Source: Actinomycetota bacterium (GTDB lineage Bacteria; Actinomycetota; Acidimicrobiia; Acidimicrobiales; Ilumatobacteraceae). From it: DNA of 64,000 nucleotides. Position numbers and translations under genes: made by a program. The number at the start of each line of letters is the position of its first letter. The first letter of the stretch is position 1. Where the stretch lies: contig JAPKZX010000073.1 in the NCBI GenBank assembly GCA_026393575.1, forward strand, positions 4,793 to 68,792, in the 5' to 3' direction. This document shows positions 56,655 through 64,000 of this stretch, one piece after another. The notes beneath the pieces were generated by a model. That model did not search any database, was not told where the DNA came from, and saw nothing but the letters and a program-made list of their open reading frames with translations.

Positions 56655-57587
56655 GTGATCGTTGTTGAGAATCTCACCAAGTCGTATGGGTCTAAGAAGG
56701 CAGTCGACTCGCTTTCGTTCTCGGTGGCGCCTGGTCGGGTAACTGGTTTCCTGGGGCCCAATGGTTCTGGCAAAAGCACCACTATGCGATGCATGTTGGG
56801 CCTCGATCGCCCTGACACAGGGCATGTTTTGTTCGATGGCAAGGCGTACACAGAGTTTGAGCGCCCACTCACCCAAGTGGGTTCGCTACTTGATGCGGGA
56901 GATGCCCACAAGGGAAGAACAGCGCGTAATCATTTGCGCTGGATCGCATTAACGCATGGCATTTCAGTGCAGCGTGTGGACCAAGTTCTTCAAATGGTCG
57001 GCATGACCGAAGCAGCCAATACACGAGTTGGCAAGTTTTCATTAGGAATGCGCCAACGTCTTGGCCTTGCTGCTGCATTACTAGGCGATCCAAAAGTTGT
57101 CATATTGGACGAACCCGCAAACGGTCTTGACCCAGAAGGAATTCGATGGACAAGAGAAGTGATGCGACATCTTGCAGATGAGGGTCGGTCTGTTCTAGTT
57201 AGCAGTCATCAGTTAGTTGAGTTATCACTTGTTGCTGATGACTTGGTGGTCATTGGTCAGGGTTCCCTTATTTCTTCCGGGCCAATCAGCCAATTCATGA
57301 CACAACATGCAAAAACATGGGTGCGTGTTGTCTCCCCAAGTATTGACGCTCTTGCAGAACTTGTTCGACTTGCAGGCGGAACAATTGAGAAGACTCTGGA
57401 GGGGGTTGATTTTCACGGCATCAGTGCTGCAGCCATTGGTGAAATCGCCGCAAAAAACAATTTTGTATTACATGAACTTTCGCCCCAAATCGGTTCACTG
57501 GAGCAGGCGTTTCTTGATGCGACAGATGCATCAGTGGAATACAGAGGCGAATCCGCCACCTCAACATGGGCGGCACCGCAGCAATGA
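56655..57587 (+). CDS. ABC transporter ATP-binding protein
   Basis: Walker A GPNGSGKST, signature FSLGMRQRL, and Walker B VVILDEP. Confidence 0.9.
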   Translation: MIVVENLTKSYGSKKAVDSLSFSVAPGRVTGFLGPNGSGKSTTMRCMLGLDRPDTGHVLFDGKAYTEFERPLTQVGSLLDAGDAHKGRTARNHLRWIALTHGISVQRVDQVLQMVGMTEAANTRVGKFSLGMRQRLGLAAALLGDPKVVILDEPANGLDPEGIRWTREVMRHLADEGRSVLVSSHQLVELSLVADDLVVIGQGSLISSGPISQFMTQHAKTWVRVVSPSIDALAELVRLAGGTIEKTLEGVDFHGISAAAIGEIAAKNNFVLHELSPQIGSLEQAFLDATDASVEYRGESATSTWAAPQQ

Positions 57588-58330
57588 TTGGTGTCCTTCG
57601 CTCAGAGTTATTCAAGTTGCGCACTACACGTGCAACAAAAGTCGTTGTTGCATGCTCAATTGCACTCCCAGCCATCATCTTCACTCTCACTTCGATGTAT
57701 GCATTCAGCAACGGGGAAGTAGGCGATTCTCTTGTTTCTATGGTGGGCAACTTTGCCCCACTCACAGGTCTTTTACTGGGTGTTGTTGGTGTGTTGTGTT
57801 CGACGCAAGAGTATTCACAGGGAACTATTCGAATCACTCTCGTTGCAACTCCGAATCGGTTCACAGTTTTGGTTGCAAAACTACTGACAACAGTGGTGGT
57901 CTCTACGGTTTCCTCTGTGCTGATGCTGTTGCTGTGTTTGGTGCCGTCTCAGTTGATTCTGTCGTCGCGAAACATCGACTTCGCCACCATTGATACTGAT
58001 GTGCGCATCTTGTTTTCGGTAGTGATCCTTAGCGTTTTCCTCTCAGTACTTGGGTTGTCGCTTGGCTTGGTGTTCAAGAGTTCACCCGGAGCTATCTCTG
58101 CATTGCTCTTGTGGCCCACCATTCTTGAAGGAATGGTGTTTGGTCTATTGTCGGTGGCATTCGATCGCAACATGATGAAGTTTGCTCCGGTGCAAGGCAA
58201 TGGTTTTAGGCTCATTGCTCATTACGCAAATGAAAGCAATTCGTGGCTTGTTTCGTTAACGGTTTTCACGGCTTTTGTAGCAGTGTTTGCGGTGCTGGGT
58301 GCGGTCTTCTTCTCGCGTCGCGACGCTTAG
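57584..58330 (+). CDS. ABC-2 type transporter permease
   Basis: Six TM helices, with a LRSELFKLRTTR start typical of ABC-2 permeases. ATG 57584 overlaps the ATPase stop (ATGA). Confidence 0.8.
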   Translation: MIGVLRSELFKLRTTRATKVVVACSIALPAIIFTLTSMYAFSNGEVGDSLVSMVGNFAPLTGLLLGVVGVLCSTQEYSQGTIRITLVATPNRFTVLVAKLLTTVVVSTVSSVLMLLLCLVPSQLILSSRNIDFATIDTDVRILFSVVILSVFLSVLGLSLGLVFKSSPGAISALLLWPTILEGMVFGLLSVAFDRNMMKFAPVQGNGFRLIAHYANESNSWLVSLTVFTAFVAVFAVLGAVFFSRRDA

Positions 58331-59295
58331 CGCACCGCAGAGTCGGGTCGGCTTGTTAGCCATGCCCCAATGAGCACAACGCTCATACCAAGGACTGCAA
58401 GGGCAGTTACTTTTTCATCACGAAATAGCAAACCAAGAATTGTTGCTACTACTGGGGTGAAGAACACGCCAATAACACCGCGTACTGCACCTGCACGCAC
58501 CATCAGCATTCCGTACATTACGTAAGCAAAACCAGTTCCGAATGCGCCAAGCACTGCAAGTGCAAAGAACGCTGCCCAGGAAAATTTGCTATCGAAGAAA
58601 GCTGGTATGCCGAGTGGGAGAGAAAACAACAAAGCAAAGAGCTCTTGCCATAACAACACGGGAAGTGTTCCGTATTTCACTTGCATTTCACGAGACATGA
58701 TGCTGGTGAATGCATAACAACAAGTAGCGGCTAGAAGAAACAGCACTCCGTGCAATGTTGCGCCTTTGTCATCGCCAACACTTCCGAACGAGATGAGTGC
58801 GATACCAACGAACCCGATGAGTACAGCGGTGATTCGACGAGCAGATGGCATGTTGCGGGTGAGGATGGCTGCGGCAACAACGGTGGTGATGGGGATAGAG
58901 CCATTGATCATTCCGGTGATGGAAGACGAGACGGATTGTTCTGCCAGTGGGTACAGATAGAACGGAATTGTCATTGCAACAAACCCAAGCATTGCAACGC
59001 GTGGCATATCTTTGCGGTCGATTCGCTTGCGAGCAGCGGGGAAGCAGGCGAGTGCCAGAGCGCCAAATCCGAGTCGGGCAATAGGAACTACTCCTGTCGC
59101 AACGTGGTCGATGGCAATAGCGATGAAAAGAAAGGATGCTCCCCAGGTGATTGCCACTGCCGTTGTCATGCCCCATTCGGCTGGCCCAAATTGTTGGGTG
59201 GTATCTCGGCCAAGGTTCGACGGTGTCACCCGTTCAGTCTTACCGCCCGCCCTAGTGAGTAGCGAGTTCATTTCACTAGTCTCATAGTTAGTCAT
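58327..59295 (-). CDS. EamA/DMT-family transporter
   Basis: About ten TM helices in two EamA-like halves. The start is uncertain: ATG 59295 or the internal Met at 59169. Confidence 0.8.
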   Translation of the reverse strand: MTNYETSEMNSLLTRAGGKTERVTPSNLGRDTTQQFGPAEWGMTTAVAITWGASFLFIAIAIDHVATGVVPIARLGFGALALACFPAARKRIDRKDMPRVAMLGFVAMTIPFYLYPLAEQSVSSSITGMINGSIPITTVVAAAILTRNMPSARRITAVLIGFVGIALISFGSVGDDKGATLHGVLFLLAATCCYAFTSIMSREMQVKYGTLPVLLWQELFALLFSLPLGIPAFFDSKFSWAAFFALAVLGAFGTGFAYVMYGMLMVRAGAVRGVIGVFFTPVVATILGLLFRDEKVTALAVLGMSVVLIGAWLTSRPDSAVR

Positions 59296-59308
59296 TAGGG
59301 GGTTTCAG

Positions 59309-61267
59309 ATGGCCGATTCAGATAACCACGACACAATTGATGCACTGCAGTGGGAACAAAGAAAGTTTCCGCCTTCTGATGCATTCAAGAAGAACACGTT
59401 GGTAGCCGGAACTCATTTGTATGAAGAGGCCGATCGTGATTACGAGGCTTTCTGGGCGCGACAAGCATCTGAGCTTGTTGAATGGTCGCGGCCTTGGGAC
59501 ACCATCTGCGAATGGAATTTGCCGTTTAGTAAATGGTTTGTGGGTGGGCAAACAAACGTGTCGTACAACTGCCTCGACCATCATGTACTTGCCGGCAAGG
59601 GTGACAAGGTTGCGTTTCATTTTGAAGGTGAACCTGGTGATACGCGCACGGTGACGTATGCGCAGTTGCTTGATGAAGTACAAAAGTTCGCAAATGTATT
59701 GAAAGGACTCGGTGTTGCCAAAGGTGACCGAGTCAATATCTATCTTCCGATGATTCCAGAGGCCGCAGTTGCCATGTTGGCATGTGCACGAATCGGCGCC
59801 GCTCACTCGGTGGTATTCGGTGGTTTCTCGTCGCAAGCACTTGCAGATCGCATTAATGACGCCGAAGCAAAAGTTTTGATTACTGCAGATGGTGGCTATC
59901 GCCGCGGTGAAGTGTTCGCGCTGAAGCCACAGGCCGATGAAGCGGTAGAAAATGCAAAGAGCATCACTGCAGTTGTTGTGGTGAAGCGTGGTGGCAATGC
60001 AGTTGAAATGCAAGCCGGCCGTGATCACTGGTATCACGAGTTGATGGCAACAGCCGATGCGGTGTGCCCCGCAGAACCAATGGATTCTGAGCAGTTGTTG
60101 TTCTTGTTGTACACCTCAGGTACAACGGGAAAGCCCAAGGGCATCATGCACACCACAGGTGGTTACCTCACGCATGTCACCTACACACATAAGTACGTTT
60201 TCGATCTCAATCCCGAAAAAGATATTTTCTGGTGCACAGCTGATGTGGGCTGGATTACTGGCCACAGCTACATCGTCTACGGGCCGCTCAGTAATGGCGC
60301 AACTCAAGTGATGTATGAAGGCGTTCCCAATTACCCGGCGAATGATCGCATGTGGGAAATCATCGAGAAGTACAAAGTCACGATTTTCTATACGGCGCCC
60401 ACAGCTATTCGTACCTATATGAAGTGGGGCGTGGAAGAACCTGCAAAGCATGACCTCTCGTCATTGCGACTGCTGGGCAGCGTAGGTGAACCTATTAACC
60501 CTGAAGCGTGGATGTGGTATCACGAAAATATTGGGCGTGGTAATTGCCCAATTGTTGACACGTGGTGGCAAACAGAAACAGGCGGAATCATGATTTCACC
60601 GTTACCTGGTGCAACAACCACAAAGCCTGGTTCTGCAACGTTCCCGTTGCCCGGCATTGGTGCTGAACTTCTTGATGATGAAGGAAAGATAGTGACTCAT
60701 GGTGGTGGCTATCTCACACTCACTCATCCATGGCCGGGAATGTTGCGCGGCATTTGGAAAGACCCAGAGCGTTATAAAGATGCGTATTGGTCGCGCTTTG
60801 AAGGTCGGTACTTTGCCGGTGACGGAGCCAAGTTAGATGACGATGGTTATCTCTGGTTGTTGGGTCGTGTCGATGATGTGATGAACATCTCGGGTCACCG
60901 TATTTCTACAACTGAAGTGGAAAGTGCGTTGGTGTCACATCCGAGCGTTGCTGAAGCAGCAGTTGTTGGTGCAAACGATGCCACTACTGGCCAAGCAATC
61001 ATTGCGTATGTCACCTTGGTGGGTGGCATGGAAGTAGATGAGCAAGTGCTGCGCAATCACGTCGCCAATGAAATTGGTGCAATTGCAAAACCCAAAACGA
61101 TTTACTTCACGCCAGATCTACCAAAGACTCGTAGCGGGAAAATTATGCGTCGCTTGTTGCGCGATGTTGCTGAAGGTAGAAATCTTGGTGACACCACAAC
61201 GCTTGCTGATGCGAACGTTGTGAACGAACTACAGAAACGCGCCGCAGAAGCACCAAGCGAAGATTAA
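59309..61267 (+). CDS. acs: acetyl-CoA synthetase (acetate-CoA ligase)
   Basis: 652 aa, with [30 protein letters not shown] and the C-terminal [15 protein letters not shown]. Confidence 0.93.
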   Translation: MADSDNHDTIDALQWEQRKFPPSDAFKKNTLVAGTHLYEEADRDYEAFWARQASELVEWSRPWDTICEWNLPFSKWFVGGQTNVSYNCLDHHVLAGKGDKVAFHFEGEPGDTRTVTYAQLLDEVQKFANVLKGLGVAKGDRVNIYLPMIPEAAVAMLACARIGAAHSVVFGGFSSQALADRINDAEAKVLITADGGYRRGEVFALKPQADEAVENAKSITAVVVVKRGGNAVEMQAGRDHWYHELMATADAVCPAEPMDSEQLLFLLYTSGTTGKPKGIMHTTGGYLTHVTYTHKYVFDLNPEKDIFWCTADVGWITGHSYIVYGPLSNGATQVMYEGVPNYPANDRMWEIIEKYKVTIFYTAPTAIRTYMKWGVEEPAKHDLSSLRLLGSVGEPINPEAWMWYHENIGRGNCPIVDTWWQTETGGIMISPLPGATTTKPGSATFPLPGIGAELLDDEGKIVTHGGGYLTLTHPWPGMLRGIWKDPERYKDAYWSRFEGRYFAGDGAKLDDDGYLWLLGRVDDVMNISGHRISTTEVESALVSHPSVAEAAVVGANDATTGQAIIAYVTLVGGMEVDEQVLRNHVANEIGAIAKPKTIYFTPDLPKTRSGKIMRRLLRDVAEGRNLGDTTTLADANVVNELQKRAAEAPSED

Positions 61268-61270
61268 ATC

Positions 61271-62200
61271 GTGAAACGCGCACTGCTATGTCTTGGTGTT
61301 CTTGTCTGTGTTGCTTCGTGCTCAAACAGTGCTGAGGTCACAGTTGAAAAAGAGACTGCAAATGCTGGACGATGTGCGCCATCCGAAGAAAATCCAACGT
61401 TGGGCTTAGCGGCTATCACCGACAAGTATCGAGTGCGAGTCTGGGACGACCCGGCTACAACGGCATCACGTGAGCTAGAGCAAATTGGTGATGATCCTTA
61501 CTCGAATAACACGGGATATGACCTGACGGTTGCCGAGTCTGTTGCAATCTCACCAAAGGATTGCACAATCTTTGTCGGTGCATGTTGTGAACCTGTGAGC
61601 GGCATTACTTTTTACGAAGGTGAAATCAAAGGTGAATGGCTGCAACTTACGGGCCACTTGCCGGCAATTAGTCCAGACGGGGAACTACTGGCTTTAGTCG
61701 GATATGAAGAATTGACTATTTCTTCTGTTGAAGCACCAGACAAAGTTTCAACAACGATTGCGCTTCCAAAAGCCGATGTGGCAACGATGTATCAAACTGC
61801 ATGGCTGAATGGTGATCAGGTAGCGGTAAGCGGGTTCACTGCCAATGGCGCATTTGTGTGGGTTGCATCCATTAGCGAAGGAACACTTCGTCCTGCACAG
61901 TTGATCACAAATGAAGTGAACTGGGAGTCCAGGAATCTCTGGCGTGTGGGATTAGTGGGAACAGACGAGAACAATAATCTTGTGACACGTGTAGCTGGGG
62001 TAGATGGAAATGACATCGTGCAATTTCGTGATGCAGAGTCATTTGAAGTTCGGTCGAACATCAATATCTCAGACAGCACTATTACTTACATCATGAATGG
62101 CGCACGTAGTGCAATGGTGAATGACCAAGGCGTGCTAAGTGTGTGGTGGGGCAACGGTAGCCCCGAGATAGTTGGCGACGATTACAATTGGGCTGGCTAA
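61271..62200 (+). CDS. hypothetical lipoprotein
   Basis: GTG start. Signal peptide MKRALLCLGVLVCVASCS with a lipobox-like V-A-S-C. I recognise no family. Confidence 0.6.
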   Translation: MKRALLCLGVLVCVASCSNSAEVTVEKETANAGRCAPSEENPTLGLAAITDKYRVRVWDDPATTASRELEQIGDDPYSNNTGYDLTVAESVAISPKDCTIFVGACCEPVSGITFYEGEIKGEWLQLTGHLPAISPDGELLALVGYEELTISSVEAPDKVSTTIALPKADVATMYQTAWLNGDQVAVSGFTANGAFVWVASISEGTLRPAQLITNEVNWESRNLWRVGLVGTDENNNLVTRVAGVDGNDIVQFRDAESFEVRSNINISDSTITYIMNGARSAMVNDQGVLSVWWGNGSPEIVGDDYNWAG

Positions 62201-62208
62201 AAAAAGTT

Positions 62209-62697
62209 TTAGTCGCGGAAGTTTTCAAACTGCAATGGAATGCCAAGGTCTTCGCCTTTAAGCAAAGCCATGACGCCTTGTAGGTCGTCTCGTTTTTTAC
62301 TGGTGACACGAACTTGCTCGCCTTGTGTTTGGCTAGAGACTCCCTTGCCACCTTTTTCTTTGATGAGCTTGTTGATCTCGCGAGCCTTGTCGGAAGAGAT
62401 TCCAACTTTCACCGTGACCAACTGACGAACTGTGTCTCCGCTGGCTTGTTCAAACTTGCCCCACTCGATGCCTTTGAGTGACATGCCGCGCTTCACGAAT
62501 TTTTCTTCCAGCAAGACACGCACCGCACGGGCCTTTTCTTCCGAAATGGTCTTGATGGTGATGATGAGGTCGTTTTGCTCGATGGAGGAGTCCGTCCCCT
62601 TGAAGTCAAAGCGCTGGCTCATTTCGCGCTGGGCCTGGTCGATGGCGTTACGGAGCTCTTGGCGGTCAATATCGGAAACAATGTCAAACGATGGCAT
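62209..62697 (-). CDS. yajQ: YajQ-family nucleotide-binding protein (UPF0234)
   Basis: MPSFDIVSDIDRQELRNAIDQAQREMSQRFDFKG, 163 aa from ATG 62697. The longer track ORF runs into tRNA-Tyr. Confidence 0.88.
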   Translation of the reverse strand: MPSFDIVSDIDRQELRNAIDQAQREMSQRFDFKGTDSSIEQNDLIITIKTISEEKARAVRVLLEEKFVKRGMSLKGIEWGKFEQASGDTVRQLVTVKVGISSDKAREINKLIKEKGGKGVSSQTQGEQVRVTSKKRDDLQGVMALLKGEDLGIPLQFENFRD

Positions 62698-62741
62698 GGG
62701 GTAGAAGGCTACCCACCCGATAACCTTGGCAATTCCAATAG

Positions 62742-62826
<85 letters not shown>

Positions 62827-62875
62827 CGGAGAAATCCGTGAACTGAACGGCGAAAGCCGATACAGCCCAACCCGT

Positions 62876-62910
62876 ATTCGACCTCGCTGGATTTTCCAGC
62901 GGGGTCGAAT
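62876..62910. terminator. long hairpin between convergent tRNA-Tyr and the GNAT gene (possible bidirectional terminator)
   Basis: ATTCGACCTCGCTGG-atttt-CCAGCGGGGTCGAAT gives a 15-bp stem with one G-U pair. There is no clear U-tract. A smaller CACGGA-gaaa-TCCGTG hairpin lies at 62825-62840. Confidence 0.4.
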
Positions 62911-62921
62911 GCTGTGGGGGA

Positions 62922-63431
62922 CTATCTCTCAGTCAGAAGGCACTGCATCAGTGCCACATCGAGCCATTTATTGAATTTTCGCCCGATTTGGCGCTCAATT
63001 CCTACTAATTGGAAGCCCAGAGCCTCATGTAGGGCAATGGAACCCTCGGAAAGGGTGGTAATTCGGGCCATAACGGCGTGAAAACCACCATTTTCGGCTG
63101 CCTCGAGCAGGTGGGAGAGCATGGCCCGGCCAATTCCCTGGCGGCCAAGATCTCGGCGCACATAGACAGAATCCTCCACCGAGGTGCGGTACGCGGCCCT
63201 TTCCTTATACGGCGAAAGGGCTCCAAAGCCCACGACCTGGCCATCGAGCTCGGCCACATAGACACAAAATGCTCCGGTTCGGGCCCGCTGCCACTCCAAT
63301 TGATCGTCCAGGGAGCGGGGCACGAGGTCAAAAGTGGCCGTCTCGTGTTCTACCTCGTAGTTATAGATAGACCTGATGGCCTCGGCGTCGCGCTCTTCAG
63401 CATGGCGAATAGAAATCTGTCCCACAGACAT
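62922..63431 (-). CDS. GNAT-family N-acetyltransferase (phosphinothricin/amino-acid acetyltransferase-like)
   Basis: IRHAEERDAEAIRSIYNYEVEHETATFD...VYVRRDLGRQGIGRAMLSHLL contains the acetyl-CoA binding R-x-x-G-x-G/A motif. Confidence 0.85.
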   Translation of the reverse strand: MSVGQISIRHAEERDAEAIRSIYNYEVEHETATFDLVPRSLDDQLEWQRARTGAFCVYVAELDGQVVGFGALSPYKERAAYRTSVEDSVYVRRDLGRQGIGRAMLSHLLEAAENGGFHAVMARITTLSEGSIALHEALGFQLVGIERQIGRKFNKWLDVALMQCLLTER

Positions 63432-63507
63432 AAGAACCTAGTGCCGTTCGACCACTTGCACCGATAACCTTTTTACTCCGGCTCGTGGGGGCTTTCTCCA
63501 TGCGCAC

Positions 63508-63580
63508 GCCCTCTTAGCTCAGTCGGTAGAGCGTTTCCATGGTAAGGAAAAGGTCGTCGGTTCGATTCCGACAGAGGGCT
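63508..63580 (+). tRNA. tRNA-Thr (GGU)
   Basis: GCCCTCT/AGAGGGC acceptor, D arm GCTC-AGTCGGTA-GAGC, anticodon loop AU-GGU-AA, and T arm GTCGG-TTCGATT-CCGAC. Confidence 0.9.
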
Positions 63581-63623
63581 CCGCCATCTGGCTTGCTAGA
63601 TGGTTGAACGACTATTACGCCAA

Positions 63624-63697
63624 GGCGGCGTAGCTCAGTTGGTCAGAGCATCCGGCTCATAATCGGAAGGTCATCAGTTCGATCCTGATCGCCGCTA
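63624..63697 (+). tRNA. tRNA-Met (CAU), elongator-type (tRNA-Ile2 not excluded)
   Basis: GGCGGCG/CGCCGCT acceptor, anticodon loop CU-CAU-AA, and T arm ATCAG-TTCGATC-CTGAT. It lacks the three G-C pairs of initiator anticodon stems. Confidence 0.85.
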
Positions 63698-64000
63698 CGA
63701 AAAATTGACCATGGTAAGACCACGTTGACGGCTGCTATTTCGCGTACGTTGGCTGATCGTGGGTTGGCTGAGTTCCAAGCGTTCGATCAAATCGACAAGG
63801 CACCTGAAGAAAAAGCTCGTGGTATAACGATCTCGATTGCTCACATTGAGTATGAGACAGAGAATCGTCACTATGCACACGTTGACATGCCTGGTCACGC
63901 TGACTACATCAAGAACATGATTACTGGTGCTGCACAGGTTGACGGCGCAATTTTGGTTGTTGCTGCTACTGATGGTCCTATGCCTCAGACTCGTGAGCAC
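63698..64000 (+). pseudogene. tuf: elongation factor Tu, 5'-truncated as given (no start codon, begins inside the P-loop) and continuing past the right edge
   Basis: The frame opens at 63689, inside tRNA-Met, and reads (R)[21 protein letters not shown]...[73 protein letters not shown]. The usual ~18-20 N-terminal residues (M..K.KF.R.KPH.N.GTIGH) and the first Gly of the GHVDHGKT motif are missing. Confidence 0.7.

Noticed and set aside
59318-60037. 239-aa minus-strand ORF.
   Set aside because: It is antisense to acs. It is Cys/His/Phe/Ile-rich and implausible as a protein.

Overview
The window reads as a core chromosomal segment of an actinobacterium. Supporting markers are mycothiol glycosyltransferase MshA, a rex-hemACDBL operon and an RsiG-like protein. 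GC looks moderate by eye. Coding density is very high, with many start/stop overlaps. I saw no transposases, integrases, CRISPR arrays or recognisable defence genes.

Content from left to right:
1. A compact selenocysteine module at about 1.0-7.2 kb. It holds tRNA-Sec, selB, selA and selD, plus a selenoprotein that the ORF track splits at an in-frame TGA (U-G-S-C motif). A SECIS-like hairpin follows the TGA, and a thioredoxin-fold fusion protein sits next to it.
2. A translationally coupled moaD-like / RsiG-like / XRE trio, followed by mshA, a ybjN-like gene and proC.
3. A gene for a DUF62-type SAM hydrolase, preceded by a stack of four hairpins, then an acyl-CoA ligase.
4. rex-hemA-hemC-hemD-hemB-hemL.
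5. About 20 kb of co-directional respiratory genes. A b6f-style Rieske/cytochrome b cluster comes first: split cytochrome b6 + subunit IV, Rieske and a diheme cytochrome c, plus a 2x[4Fe-4S] ferredoxin and two unknown membrane proteins. A complete 14-gene nuoA-N operon follows directly.
6. ilvA flanked by two glutamine amidotransferase-like genes.
7. A second, 11-gene nuo operon lacking nuoEFG. Its NuoL is expanded and His-rich, and a MidA/NDUFAF7-type methyltransferase gene follows it.
8. An ABC-2 exporter, an EamA transporter, acs, a lipoprotein, yajQ, tRNA-Tyr, a GNAT gene, tRNA-Thr, tRNA-Met and a tuf copy.

Two conserved genes look damaged as given. Cytochrome b6 changes frame with about 20 residues missing. 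tuf lacks its first ~18-20 codons and abuts tRNA-Met.

All calls rest on reading the translations and sequence by eye. No database search, tRNA or RNA-family scan, or folding program was run.
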